From NCBI GenBank assembly GCA_046309815.1, contig JBKCOJ010000008.1, positions 63,856 to 127,855 of the forward strand: a stretch of DNA of 64,000 bases, read 5' to 3'. The notes under the pieces were generated by a model. The model saw only the letters and a list, made by a program, of their open reading frames with translations. It had not been told where the DNA came from and ran no database searches. This stretch comes from Pseudomonadota bacterium (GTDB lineage: Bacteria > Pseudomonadota > Alphaproteobacteria > Paracaedibacterales > CAITNM01). The first letter of the stretch is position 1. Each line of letters opens with the position of its first letter. Both the position numbers and the translations under genes were made by a program. Shown one piece after another: positions 18,223 to 25,826 of this stretch.

Positions 18223-19407
18223 TCAGTTCGTGGCTGAGCACCATTCTTGCTGGCATTGATCAAGCGTTTCGCTTTGTAATGCGCAGCGAATGGCGGTCAT
18301 TAATGTATTCATAAAATAAACGTTGTGAATAGAAATTAAAGTAAATGCTAATAATTCCTTAGCTTTTAAAAGATGGTGGATGTAGCCACGACTCGCCCAT
18401 GCGCACGTTTCGCATCCGCACCCTTCTTCAATCGGGTTGCTGTCTTTAATATATATACTATTTCGTAAATTGAGGTGTTCTCTGTTTTTTTGAGGATTAT
18501 TTGCGGGTTTTACGAGTGCGCCCCCGTGGCGTGCGAGACGTGTTGGATGGACGCAGTCGAAAGTATCAATGCCCTGGCGTACACCTACAAATATGTCGGA
18601 AATTCCGCCAATTCCAAGAAGGTGCACGGGACGTTCTTTTCGCACCATTTCCATGGTAAAGGAAACGACATCGTGCATTTGTGTTTTATGTGCGCCTAGG
18701 CAGCCACCTACGGCTGTTCCAAAAAAATCATGCTCGTTAATAAATTCGCAGCTTTCTTGGCGAAGTTGCGGATAAATTCCGCCTTGGATAATGCCATAAA
18801 GTTTTTGAGTGCCATTATCTTCTCTGCGCCATTCTTCCAGAGAACGAAGTGCCCAGCGATGGCTCATGCGCATAGATTCTTGTGTGTAATTTTTATCAAC
18901 GTTATAAGGTGTGCATTCATCCAACACAACAATAAGGTCAGCGCCGAGGTTGCGTTGGACGCGGATAGATTCCTCGGGTGTTAGAAAATGCATTTTCCCA
19001 TCAATATAAGATTTAAATTTTGCGCCTTGTTCGGTAATGCTTAATAATGTTTTAGGACGATTGGTTGATCTATTACCTTTGATTTCTGCAGCAACCGAAC
19101 CATGCCCAAGGCTGAAGATTTGAAAGCCACCAGAATCAGTTAGCATGGGGCCATTCCAGCCCGTCATTTTTTGTAATCCGCCAAGAGTTTTTACTGTTTC
19201 TCCGCCCGGCTGCAACATGAGGTGGTATGTATTGGATAAGATAATTTGCGTTTCTGCCGTTTTCATTTGAGTGGGCGTTAATGCTTTCATAGCGGCTTTT
19301 GTGGCGCAAAATATAAAAGCAGGCGTTTTGATGGTGCCGTGTGGAGTTACAAGCTCACCTAGGCGACCTTCAGGGCTAGATTTTAAAATATCAAATTTAA
19401 ATGTCAT
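18223..19407 (-). CDS. tgt: tRNA-guanine transglycosylase (queuine/preQ1 insertion)
   Basis: MTFKFDILKSS...GRLGELVTPHGTIKTPAFIF parallels the E. coli Tgt N-terminus. DSGGFQ and LGIGG motifs, plus a zinc site CGCETC...HH. ATG at 19407. Confidence 0.9.
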   Translation of the reverse strand: MTFKFDILKSSPEGRLGELVTPHGTIKTPAFIFCATKAAMKALTPTQMKTAETQIILSNTYHLMLQPGGETVKTLGGLQKMTGWNGPMLTDSGGFQIFSLGHGSVAAEIKGNRSTNRPKTLLSITEQGAKFKSYIDGKMHFLTPEESIRVQRNLGADLIVVLDECTPYNVDKNYTQESMRMSHRWALRSLEEWRREDNGTQKLYGIIQGGIYPQLRQESCEFINEHDFFGTAVGGCLGAHKTQMHDVVSFTMEMVRKERPVHLLGIGGISDIFVGVRQGIDTFDCVHPTRLARHGGALVKPANNPQKNREHLNLRNSIYIKDSNPIEEGCGCETCAWASRGYIHHLLKAKELLAFTLISIHNVYFMNTLMTAIRCALQSETLDQCQQEWCSATN

Positions 19408-20143
19408 GTGGTTTAAAACGATAACTGATATATAGAAGTGGTGTTGACAAAATAGAGATAAAAATTCGTAATGCTTGAGAAAACCCGATAAAACCAACTA
19501 AAACTGTGGAAAAAGGTAGAGGTGAGGGTGCCAATACAATCCACGCAAGAACGCTGAAAATAACTGTATCAAAAAAGCCGGAAACTAAACACGAGACATT
19601 TCCTCTGAGCCATAATAATTTTTGGCCGTGACGTTTTTTAAGAGTATCAAAGATGCTGATGTCTATGTGTTGAGAAATTACAAAAGAAATCAAGCTTGCG
19701 ATAAGAAGTCGTAAAGATGGGGTAAATAGAGCTTCAATTCCTAACTGAACAGCGCTTTTGTGATGACCTGGTTCTGGGTGAGCAATAACAAAAAGCATGC
19801 TTAGGATGACGAAGATTTGCATGGAAAAAGTCAGGTAAATTGTCTTTTTTGCAAGAACAGGGCCATAGTGTTCGGTGATAAGATCGCTGCTTGTGAAAAG
19901 CGTTGTAAACATAACGGTGCCTAGGGCAATAGGCTCATCAATATAAGAAAAAATGCCAAGCTTGAGCACTTGCATGTTCGCAATAGCTACTGCAAGCACG
20001 CTATAGCACACTAGTCCTAAGGAGCCGAAATATCTAAATGCAAGTAAAATGCTGGCAATACAGGTGAAAAAACCAAGAACAATAAGCATTTCCGGCGAAA
20101 GGTGCTCAAGGATTGTAATAAAGTATAGGAAAAAATTATCCAT
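19397..20143 (-). CDS. yhhQ: Queuosine-precursor transporter (YhhQ / VUT, DUF165 family)
   Basis: 248-aa polytopic membrane protein with YhhQ-like topology and motifs (SSDLITEHYG, DTVIF). Overlaps the tgt start by 11 nt. Confidence 0.75.
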   Translation of the reverse strand: MDNFFLYFITILEHLSPEMLIVLGFFTCIASILLAFRYFGSLGLVCYSVLAVAIANMQVLKLGIFSYIDEPIALGTVMFTTLFTSSDLITEHYGPVLAKKTIYLTFSMQIFVILSMLFVIAHPEPGHHKSAVQLGIEALFTPSLRLLIASLISFVISQHIDISIFDTLKKRHGQKLLWLRGNVSCLVSGFFDTVIFSVLAWIVLAPSPLPFSTVLVGFIGFSQALRIFISILSTPLLYISYRFKPHDI

Positions 20144-20942
20144 GAACGTCGCTGCTTTTCGTTACGATTTGCGCTTCATCTAGCCAGATATGTTCTTCTA
20201 TAAGCTTTTGAGATTGAATATCACCAAAATCCTGAGAAGGATCATAGGGTAGGGAAAGGGCAGCTTTATAGTGGCAACCTGTGTATTCAATGTGCACAGA
20301 TTCGCAGAATGCATGTAGTGCTTGAACGTGTTCTAAGCGATCATCAATAAATAGTATTTTTGCCGGTTTTCCATATTTTGCAATAAAGGCTTTGAAGGTT
20401 TCTACCTTGGAATGGGAGCCTGTAAATAGGATTCCTTGATAAAGGGTGGCAGGCATTGCGTTATTAATTAATGTTTCAACAGTTTTGGTTGCATATGGAC
20501 TGAAAGTGATGCCAAAGGACCGAAGTTCATCAGCGCGCCATTTTTCTACCGAAGGAATGGAAGCAAAAGTTCCGGTGTGCATTTGCGTTAAGGCAATGAC
20601 AATCACGCCGCGGCTTTTTAATGATTCAATAATTTCAGGCCATTCGGGTTCGACAAGCATAACGTGTCGGCCTAAGCGCCAAATGGCAACAATGGGGTCT
20701 GAGTTTGGTTGTTTTTTAAGATCATCAATGATTTTATGATGCGGTGATTGCGCTCTAAACATCATAGCTCTTGGGGTGATGACTGTGTCATCAATATCAA
20801 TCACTAAAAAATCACCAGCTTGAAGCTGGTCAAGGCATGGTTTGAGATCTTTTACTGAAAGATATGCCATTTCTGTGGAGACGCCATAAATTACGAAGTT
20901 AAAAATAAAGGCGTGCAAAACACGCCTTAGAAATCGAAACAT
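20136..20942 (-). CDS. HAD-superfamily hydrolase-like protein
   Basis: HAD motif I in FLVIDIDDTVITP (DxDxT) and a late FIDDRLEHV (motif IV-like). Hydrophobic N-terminus. Overlaps the yhhQ start by 8 nt (ATGGATAA). Confidence 0.6.
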   Translation of the reverse strand: MFRFLRRVLHAFIFNFVIYGVSTEMAYLSVKDLKPCLDQLQAGDFLVIDIDDTVITPRAMMFRAQSPHHKIIDDLKKQPNSDPIVAIWRLGRHVMLVEPEWPEIIESLKSRGVIVIALTQMHTGTFASIPSVEKWRADELRSFGITFSPYATKTVETLINNAMPATLYQGILFTGSHSKVETFKAFIAKYGKPAKILFIDDRLEHVQALHAFCESVHIEYTGCHYKAALSLPYDPSQDFGDIQSQKLIEEHIWLDEAQIVTKSSDVHG

Positions 20943-20952
20943 TAAGTCGCGC

Positions 20953-21243
20953 TTATTGTTTTGTGCTTAATTTTCTAGCAATAACTTTTTTCAACGGTAG
21001 AATTTCAGCTGTTAGCTTACGCTTTGGAGTCGATGTTAAGTACGCATCTAAGCCGCCATGAAATTCAATAGTGCGAATTGCACGAGTTGAAAGACGAAGG
21101 CTTACAGTTCTGCCAAGCGCTTCACTTAGGAAAGATACATTTTGCAAGTTAGGTAAAAAACGACGATTTGTCTTATTATTTGCGTGGCTCACATTATGAC
21201 CAAACAACACACCTTTTCCTGTTAATGCACAACGACGCGCCAT
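20953..21243 (-). CDS. rpmB: 50S ribosomal protein L28
   Basis: MARRCALTGKGVLFGHNVSHANNKTNRRFLPNLQ is the canonical bL28 N-terminus. Confidence 0.95.
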   Translation of the reverse strand: MARRCALTGKGVLFGHNVSHANNKTNRRFLPNLQNVSFLSEALGRTVSLRLSTRAIRTIEFHGGLDAYLTSTPKRKLTAEILPLKKVIARKLSTKQ

Positions 21244-21320
21244 ATCATTTTTCCTTGAATAATTTTCGTTAATTTATAGCATATTTTACCGAAGCGTCAA
21301 GGGTAAACTTGGCTAAAAAA

Positions 21321-22334
21321 TTAAAAGCCTACCCCTTTTGTAGTGGAATATTCAAAGTGCGTGATTTCATCGGGGTAGAGGTGCGTGCGAATAGCGTGTG
21401 CTGCTTGGGCAGCTTCGGCAAAACCCGTTAGAATGAGCTTAAGCTTGTGAGGGTAGGTGGCAATATCGCCAATGGCATAAATGCCTTTGCGGTTTGTGGA
21501 AGAAGTGGCTTGATCAACAGCAATGTGATGTTTTTCAAGGTTTAATCCCCATTCAGCGATAGGTCCTAAATTCATGGACAGGCCAAAGAATGGGAGAAGA
21601 TAATCGGCTTGGAGAGATCGTTTTTGTCCATCAAGGCTTTCCACATCAACGTGGCTTAAAATGCCGTTAGTGCCTTGTAGCCCGCTAAGCTGATAAGGGG
21701 TAACAAGTTCGAGCTCGCCTTTTGAAGCTGCAATATTAAGTTTTTCTTCACTATCGGGGGCGGCACGGAATTTTGCTCGACGATGCACAACCTTAACAGA
21801 TGCGGCAATGTCTTTTAAAATGAGCGCCCAATCAACGGCTGAGTCTCCGCCGCCTGCGATGACGATGTGTTTGTCTTTATAAGTATCCTTATTGCGTACG
21901 GCATAGTGAATGCTGTTTTTTTCGTACATGTCTAAATGATCAAGAGGGGGACGATTGGGGCCAAAAGCACCAACGCCAGCAGCAATAATAATGCTTTTGG
22001 TTTTAATTTCGGTGCCTGTTGAGGTCTGCACAAGCCATTCGGTGCCATCATTATTTAAAGGGGTAAGCTGTGTTACTTGTTGATTTAAGTGGTATGTTGG
22101 GAAAAAAGGAGCGGCTTGCTTTTCAAGCTGATCGATAAGATCTGCTGCGGTAATGGATGGGTAGGCGGCAATATCGTAGATGGGTTTTTCTGGATACAAT
22201 GCTGAACATTGCCCCCCCACCTTTTCAAAGGCATCGACAACGTGCGCCTTAAGTTTTGCCATTCCGCATTCGAAAATGGCAAATAAGCCAACCGGTCCGG
22301 CGCCAACGATGACAACGTCGGTTTCGTACTGCAT
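21321..22334 (-). CDS. Ferredoxin-NADP+ reductase, thioredoxin-reductase-like type
   Basis: 337 aa. FAD site VVIVGAGPVGL and NADPH site IAGGGDSAVDWA. No CxxC redox pair, as in TrxR-type FNRs. Confidence 0.85.
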   Translation of the reverse strand: MQYETDVVIVGAGPVGLFAIFECGMAKLKAHVVDAFEKVGGQCSALYPEKPIYDIAAYPSITAADLIDQLEKQAAPFFPTYHLNQQVTQLTPLNNDGTEWLVQTSTGTEIKTKSIIIAAGVGAFGPNRPPLDHLDMYEKNSIHYAVRNKDTYKDKHIVIAGGGDSAVDWALILKDIAASVKVVHRRAKFRAAPDSEEKLNIAASKGELELVTPYQLSGLQGTNGILSHVDVESLDGQKRSLQADYLLPFFGLSMNLGPIAEWGLNLEKHHIAVDQATSSTNRKGIYAIGDIATYPHKLKLILTGFAEAAQAAHAIRTHLYPDEITHFEYSTTKGVGF

Positions 22335-22345
22335 GGCTTCTGAGC

Positions 22346-22471
22346 TTAACCTTGACGTGCTTTGTAACGTGGTTTCTTTTTGTTGATAACGTACAAGCGA
22401 CCCTTACGGCGTACTAACTTGCAGTCTTTATCACGATTTTTAAGAGTTTTTAAAGAATTTGCGATTTTCAT
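22346..22471 (-). CDS. rpmJ: 50S ribosomal protein L36
   Basis: Not in the ORF track (41 aa). Hand translation: [41 protein letters not shown] followed by a stop. AGGTGA RBS 5 nt upstream. Confidence 0.9.
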   Translation of the reverse strand: MKIANSLKTLKNRDKDCKLVRRKGRLYVINKKKPRYKARQG

Positions 22472-22497
22472 AAATTTCACCTACATGCTTGGCGTTG

Positions 22498-22526
22498 ATA
22501 TTAAGTGGTTCTTTTGAAATTGTCAA
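22498..22526 (-). promoter_or_regulatory. Sigma70-type promoter of rpmJ
   Basis: Minus strand: TTGACA (22526-22521), 17-nt spacer, TAATAT (22503-22498). It lies about 27 nt upstream of the rpmJ ATG. Confidence 0.55.
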
Positions 22527-22536
22527 AAAGAAAATT
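22513..22536 (+). repeat. 24-bp direct repeat, copy 1 (TTTGAAATTGTCAAAAAGAAAATT)
   Basis: Exact match to 25758..25781. Contains the -35 box of the rpmJ promoter. Confidence 0.95.
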
Positions 22537-22591
22537 TTGGGTGCCTCCCTGGGCTCGGGGCTCCGACGTAGGTGACTTTCAGAAAGTCTGT

Positions 22592-22981
22592 TTAGCTATA
22601 AATGATAGCAGATGATAAAGGGTTTGAAAGTGCAAGATCAGATTTGAGTGATGCTGATATGGATTCGGTAGTTGTAATGGGCATGAAAAGAGGTTCTTCT
22701 TTTTGGAGTGCGGGTGGGTATTTTAAAAGATAGTTTTGAATAAGAAGCTCTGTGACAAGACGTGCTTGATCTTCAATTTTTCGGTAGTAGTCGTCATAGC
22801 TTTCTTCTCGTAAGGGTGAATTCTTACCAAGGCTTCCTTGCATAAAATGCAAGTAGCTGATGCGGTGGTAGATGAAATTCCATATTTTTACATTATCTAT
22901 GATTTCTTCATGCACTTCTTCACTATTTGAACTGAATAACGATAGGAGGAGTATCTGGATAACGCCGTTGCAGTTGCTCAA
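22592..22981 (-). CDS. Hypothetical protein, third gene of the orphan cassette
   Basis: 129-aa ORF with no recognised family. A GTG at 22915, 7 nt after the protease stop, would give 107 aa and remove the 59-nt overlap. The start is uncertain. Confidence 0.4.
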   Translation of the reverse strand: MSNCNGVIQILLLSLFSSNSEEVHEEIIDNVKIWNFIYHRISYLHFMQGSLGKNSPLREESYDDYYRKIEDQARLVTELLIQNYLLKYPPALQKEEPLFMPITTTESISASLKSDLALSNPLSSAIIYS

Positions 22982-24236
22982 TGCCTTGCAGGGTCATGTC
23001 TTGACTGATTGGTTCAATGAATACAGAAGGTAATGGTGCTTCCATGCCTGCATGATTGGTGAAATTATCTTTTAACGAAATTGCCTTGAATTCCTCGAGA
23101 GTGTCTTTTCCTTTTCCACTGAAGGCAAAAAAAGCTTCCGAGAAGATGTCAGAGATTTTTATTGAATGCTCCTTGCACGCTGTTTGCATTTGTAGTCGCA
23201 GTTCATCGATAAAGGCTTCTTGCCAGGGCTGATCACCGTCTGTTTGTACACTAAATAACACAGGCCGCCATCTATCTAAGGGCGGGTTTTGATAATCAAC
23301 ATTTAATTGCTGCCATAAATCGATTTTTGAAAAAAGAGAATAGCGATTTAATAAAAAATGATAGTCTAGTCTTGCGGCACAGCTTTGTGCTGGCTTCTCT
23401 GCCTTACTTTTGCTTTCTTGCGCGGATAAAGAAAAACGAAAAAGAGGTGCTGCTTCACGTTGGCTTTTTTTCCGGTCACCATCTCCATAACCATGAATGC
23501 CAAAAATTATCCAGGTGTCATCTATGTGTTGATATAGGGAAGATCCGCTCATGGATGCATAGGTTTCTAAGTTGCCTTCAATTTTATTGTTACCAGTAAA
23601 CTTTACAGTTCCCATTACTTGGTGACGTGTTCTCATCACACGATCAACCGAGGTTTGCTCGGTGGTTTGCTCGATTACATAGCCAATCAGTTCAATATCC
23701 GCATCATCAGATTGGTCTGGTGGTACAGTAATTTTATAGGAAAAAACGTGAGGAAAATCATCTTCATTATATAAGATGGCAATATCATATCCCTTGTACA
23801 AAAAACGAGTATCAAATTGTTGAGGAATGGCATGCCTCTCAAAAATAAATCTATGGCCTTGTGCATCATAAAAGTGGACTTCAAAAGCAGTATCTTCATA
23901 GTCTTTTAAAAATTCCTCTTTTTCTGCTTTGGCAGCAGCAGAATCTCCAGGAGAAATTTTAAATTTAACAGAATGAGCAGTGGTGATGACAAGATTTCGA
24001 TGCACCATAATACCTGAGCTAAAAGTTGCTCCTGGCCGTGTGCCTTCTATTTTTGCGAGATGATAGGAAATGATTGAGCCTTGTGGTTCATTGGGACGCG
24101 TTGTAAACAGTGAGGAAACTCTATTCCAAAAACTCTCATCAAATTTTAAATAGTCTTGCTCATGATGGCTTGCAAAAGCTGAAATACAAGACAACATGAA
24201 ACTTAAGCAATGAAAAAATCTGAAAAGAGCAATCAT
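22923..24236 (-). CDS. Secreted trypsin-fold (chymotrypsin/V8-like) serine protease with an uncharacterised ~170-aa C-terminal domain
   Basis: Signal peptide MIALFRFFHCLSFMLSCISAFA. Catalytic-triad contexts in the right order: LVITTAHSV (His), YDIAILY (Asp) and SMSGSSLY (Ser, cf. GNSGSP). ATGA overlap with the upstream gene. Confidence 0.7.
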   Translation of the reverse strand: MIALFRFFHCLSFMLSCISAFASHHEQDYLKFDESFWNRVSSLFTTRPNEPQGSIISYHLAKIEGTRPGATFSSGIMVHRNLVITTAHSVKFKISPGDSAAAKAEKEEFLKDYEDTAFEVHFYDAQGHRFIFERHAIPQQFDTRFLYKGYDIAILYNEDDFPHVFSYKITVPPDQSDDADIELIGYVIEQTTEQTSVDRVMRTRHQVMGTVKFTGNNKIEGNLETYASMSGSSLYQHIDDTWIIFGIHGYGDGDRKKSQREAAPLFRFSLSAQESKSKAEKPAQSCAARLDYHFLLNRYSLFSKIDLWQQLNVDYQNPPLDRWRPVLFSVQTDGDQPWQEAFIDELRLQMQTACKEHSIKISDIFSEAFFAFSGKGKDTLEEFKAISLKDNFTNHAGMEAPLPSVFIEPISQDMTLQGIEQLQRRYPDTPPIVIQFK

Positions 24237-25684
24237 TTAGAATCCTTTTCTTCAGGTGGACCGACTCTAGCGAAAAGGATATGGCCATAAGAATCTCTTA
24301 CGATATCTGTAATCACCGCATTTTTATAAAAATCATCAGCTCGTGCGTTTCGTTCCGCTGCTCTTTTTAAGGCTTCTTCTTGTCTCTGTTGTTTTCTGAT
24401 TTGAACTTGATGATGTGAGTAAAGCTTAACTAAACGATTGCTATTTTGCCGAGAAGATATACTTTCTTTAACTTTTCTTATGAATTCATCGTTTTCTAGC
24501 GCAAAGAACTCTTCTTGGTTTGCAACCCCTAAGATACGGAAGAGTTCATCCATTGGGGTGTCGTCTTCTCTTGGTGGGCCTGCTAAAGAAGTTGCTGGAA
24601 AGGCTATTTCTTGAGCATTCGTGATGCCTATTAAAGGGGTGGATGAAGGTAATTCTTCAGTTGGTAGGTCTAGACTTTTGCTTATCTGTTTTTGCTCTTC
24701 ACTAGCAGCGACCTGGTGGCAGGTGGTTAAGAAGGCGATCATGGCCATGAGGTAAGGTTTTTTCGTGCAAAAAAGCTGGCGTACAGCTGCGATGGAAGGT
24801 GCATTTGGGTTGATGTGTTGCTCTGAGATTAGCAAAACCTTTTGTAGGATATTGATCATATGGGTGTAGGCCTTTGCGAAAAGAAGGTTATCTACACCAG
24901 TGTAGGTAACTTCTCTTACTTGCTCAATTGAGGCTAAACCTGTCATTTGTGGTAAGTCAGATTCGCTTTGCGTGCTTACAACGCCCAGCATTTCATCAAG
25001 TTGAACATGTGTGTGGCTTGTAAATACTTTTATAGCTTCATTTAGAAGGGGGTTTGATGGCTGCATGTACAATAATTGTTTGCGGAGATAGGTATCATCA
25101 AGCAGTAAAAAAATACCCAGATCTTTTTCTTCTACGTATCTACGAATGTCTTTTGAAGGATGTTGAGAAATACTTACAAAAAGGGTCTGATCTTGAATAG
25201 CGATACCAAGAGCTTTTGAAGAAGAAACAGTGGGGATACTATAAACAGTACCATGTTTAAGATGGAGCGTTGTACCGCCTTCAGAGAAAAGACATCGAGG
25301 TAAATCTAATAAATCAGGACTATCGGATGATGTGTTGCGAAATAAAGGGGTGGAGATGCCTAAATACTTAGCATTTCTTGGTATGATGAGAAAATACGAG
25401 AGTGCGTTAAAGGAAATGCTTGTGAGAGGTGTTGTATTAAAGACAGAAGGTTTATCAGATGCACTTTCTTCTTGTTCTTTGTGGTCTTGAGTGGTTTGCG
25501 GTATTTCTAGAGTACTGATTTCTTCTGATGAAGGATCAAAAACGGAGTAAAAAACAACTGATCGAGGAGAGGGAGGAGGGACGCTTCTTTTTTTGATATC
25601 TTCTGTATCCATGGCCTTAATAAGAGGAAAGAGCAGCCAGCTTATCAACAGAAAGCGTAAGAAAGGTTCGTAAATATTAACCAT
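24233..25684 (-). CDS. Hypothetical secreted/membrane-anchored protein, first gene of the orphan cassette
   Basis: 483-aa ORF. Hydrophobic N-terminus FLRFLLISWLLFPLIKA, an S/P/E-rich linker and a charged coiled-coil-like C-terminus (QIRKQQRQEEALKRAAERNARADD). No family recognised. Confidence 0.55.
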   Translation of the reverse strand: MVNIYEPFLRFLLISWLLFPLIKAMDTEDIKKRSVPPPSPRSVVFYSVFDPSSEEISTLEIPQTTQDHKEQEESASDKPSVFNTTPLTSISFNALSYFLIIPRNAKYLGISTPLFRNTSSDSPDLLDLPRCLFSEGGTTLHLKHGTVYSIPTVSSSKALGIAIQDQTLFVSISQHPSKDIRRYVEEKDLGIFLLLDDTYLRKQLLYMQPSNPLLNEAIKVFTSHTHVQLDEMLGVVSTQSESDLPQMTGLASIEQVREVTYTGVDNLLFAKAYTHMINILQKVLLISEQHINPNAPSIAAVRQLFCTKKPYLMAMIAFLTTCHQVAASEEQKQISKSLDLPTEELPSSTPLIGITNAQEIAFPATSLAGPPREDDTPMDELFRILGVANQEEFFALENDEFIRKVKESISSRQNSNRLVKLYSHHQVQIRKQQRQEEALKRAAERNARADDFYKNAVITDIVRDSYGHILFARVGPPEEKDSK

Positions 25685-25757
25685 GATTGCGTAAACAATT
25701 ATGAATCTTCATCATCATAATATAAATATTTCAAAATTCAATTACAAAATTGCTTTA

Positions 25758-25781
25758 TTTGAAATTGTCAAAAAGAAAATT
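25758..25781 (+). repeat. 24-bp direct repeat, copy 2 (TTTGAAATTGTCAAAAAGAAAATT)
   Basis: Exact match to 22513..22536. Lies between the porin terminator hairpin and the 483-aa gene. Confidence 0.95.
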
Positions 25782-25805
25782 CCCTCTAACAAATTTGCTA
25801 GAGGG
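25771..25805 (-). terminator. Rho-independent terminator of the porin gene
   Basis: On the minus strand, CCCTCTA-gcaaatttgt-TAGAGGG is followed by AATTTTCTTTTT. The U-tract is part of the 24-bp repeat. Confidence 0.7.
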
Positions 25806-25826
25806 AAGTGATAGGTTAGGAAGTTT

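Noticed and set aside
20136-20160. preQ1 riboswitch upstream of yhhQ
   Set aside because: The yhhQ start overlaps the preceding HAD-like gene by 8 nt, so there is no untranslated leader to hold a riboswitch.
22538-22576. tRNA 3'-fragment (att-site remnant) in the GC-rich 39-mer
   Set aside because: No T-arm (no GTTCRANYC-like loop) or acceptor-stem pairing could be drawn on either strand.
22572-22592. Integron attC-like core (GCTAAAC) right after the last cassette ORF
   Set aside because: It matches RYYYAAC at only 6 of 7 positions. There is no matching GTTRRRY inverse core, no attC-type imperfect palindrome and no integrase nearby.
24407-24553. Possible J-domain in the 483-aa protein (ELFRILGV ... 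KLYSHHQ)
   Set aside because: ILGV resembles J-domain helix I, but the spacing to the would-be HPD position is about 15 residues too long and the HPD tripeptide is absent. This is not supportable.
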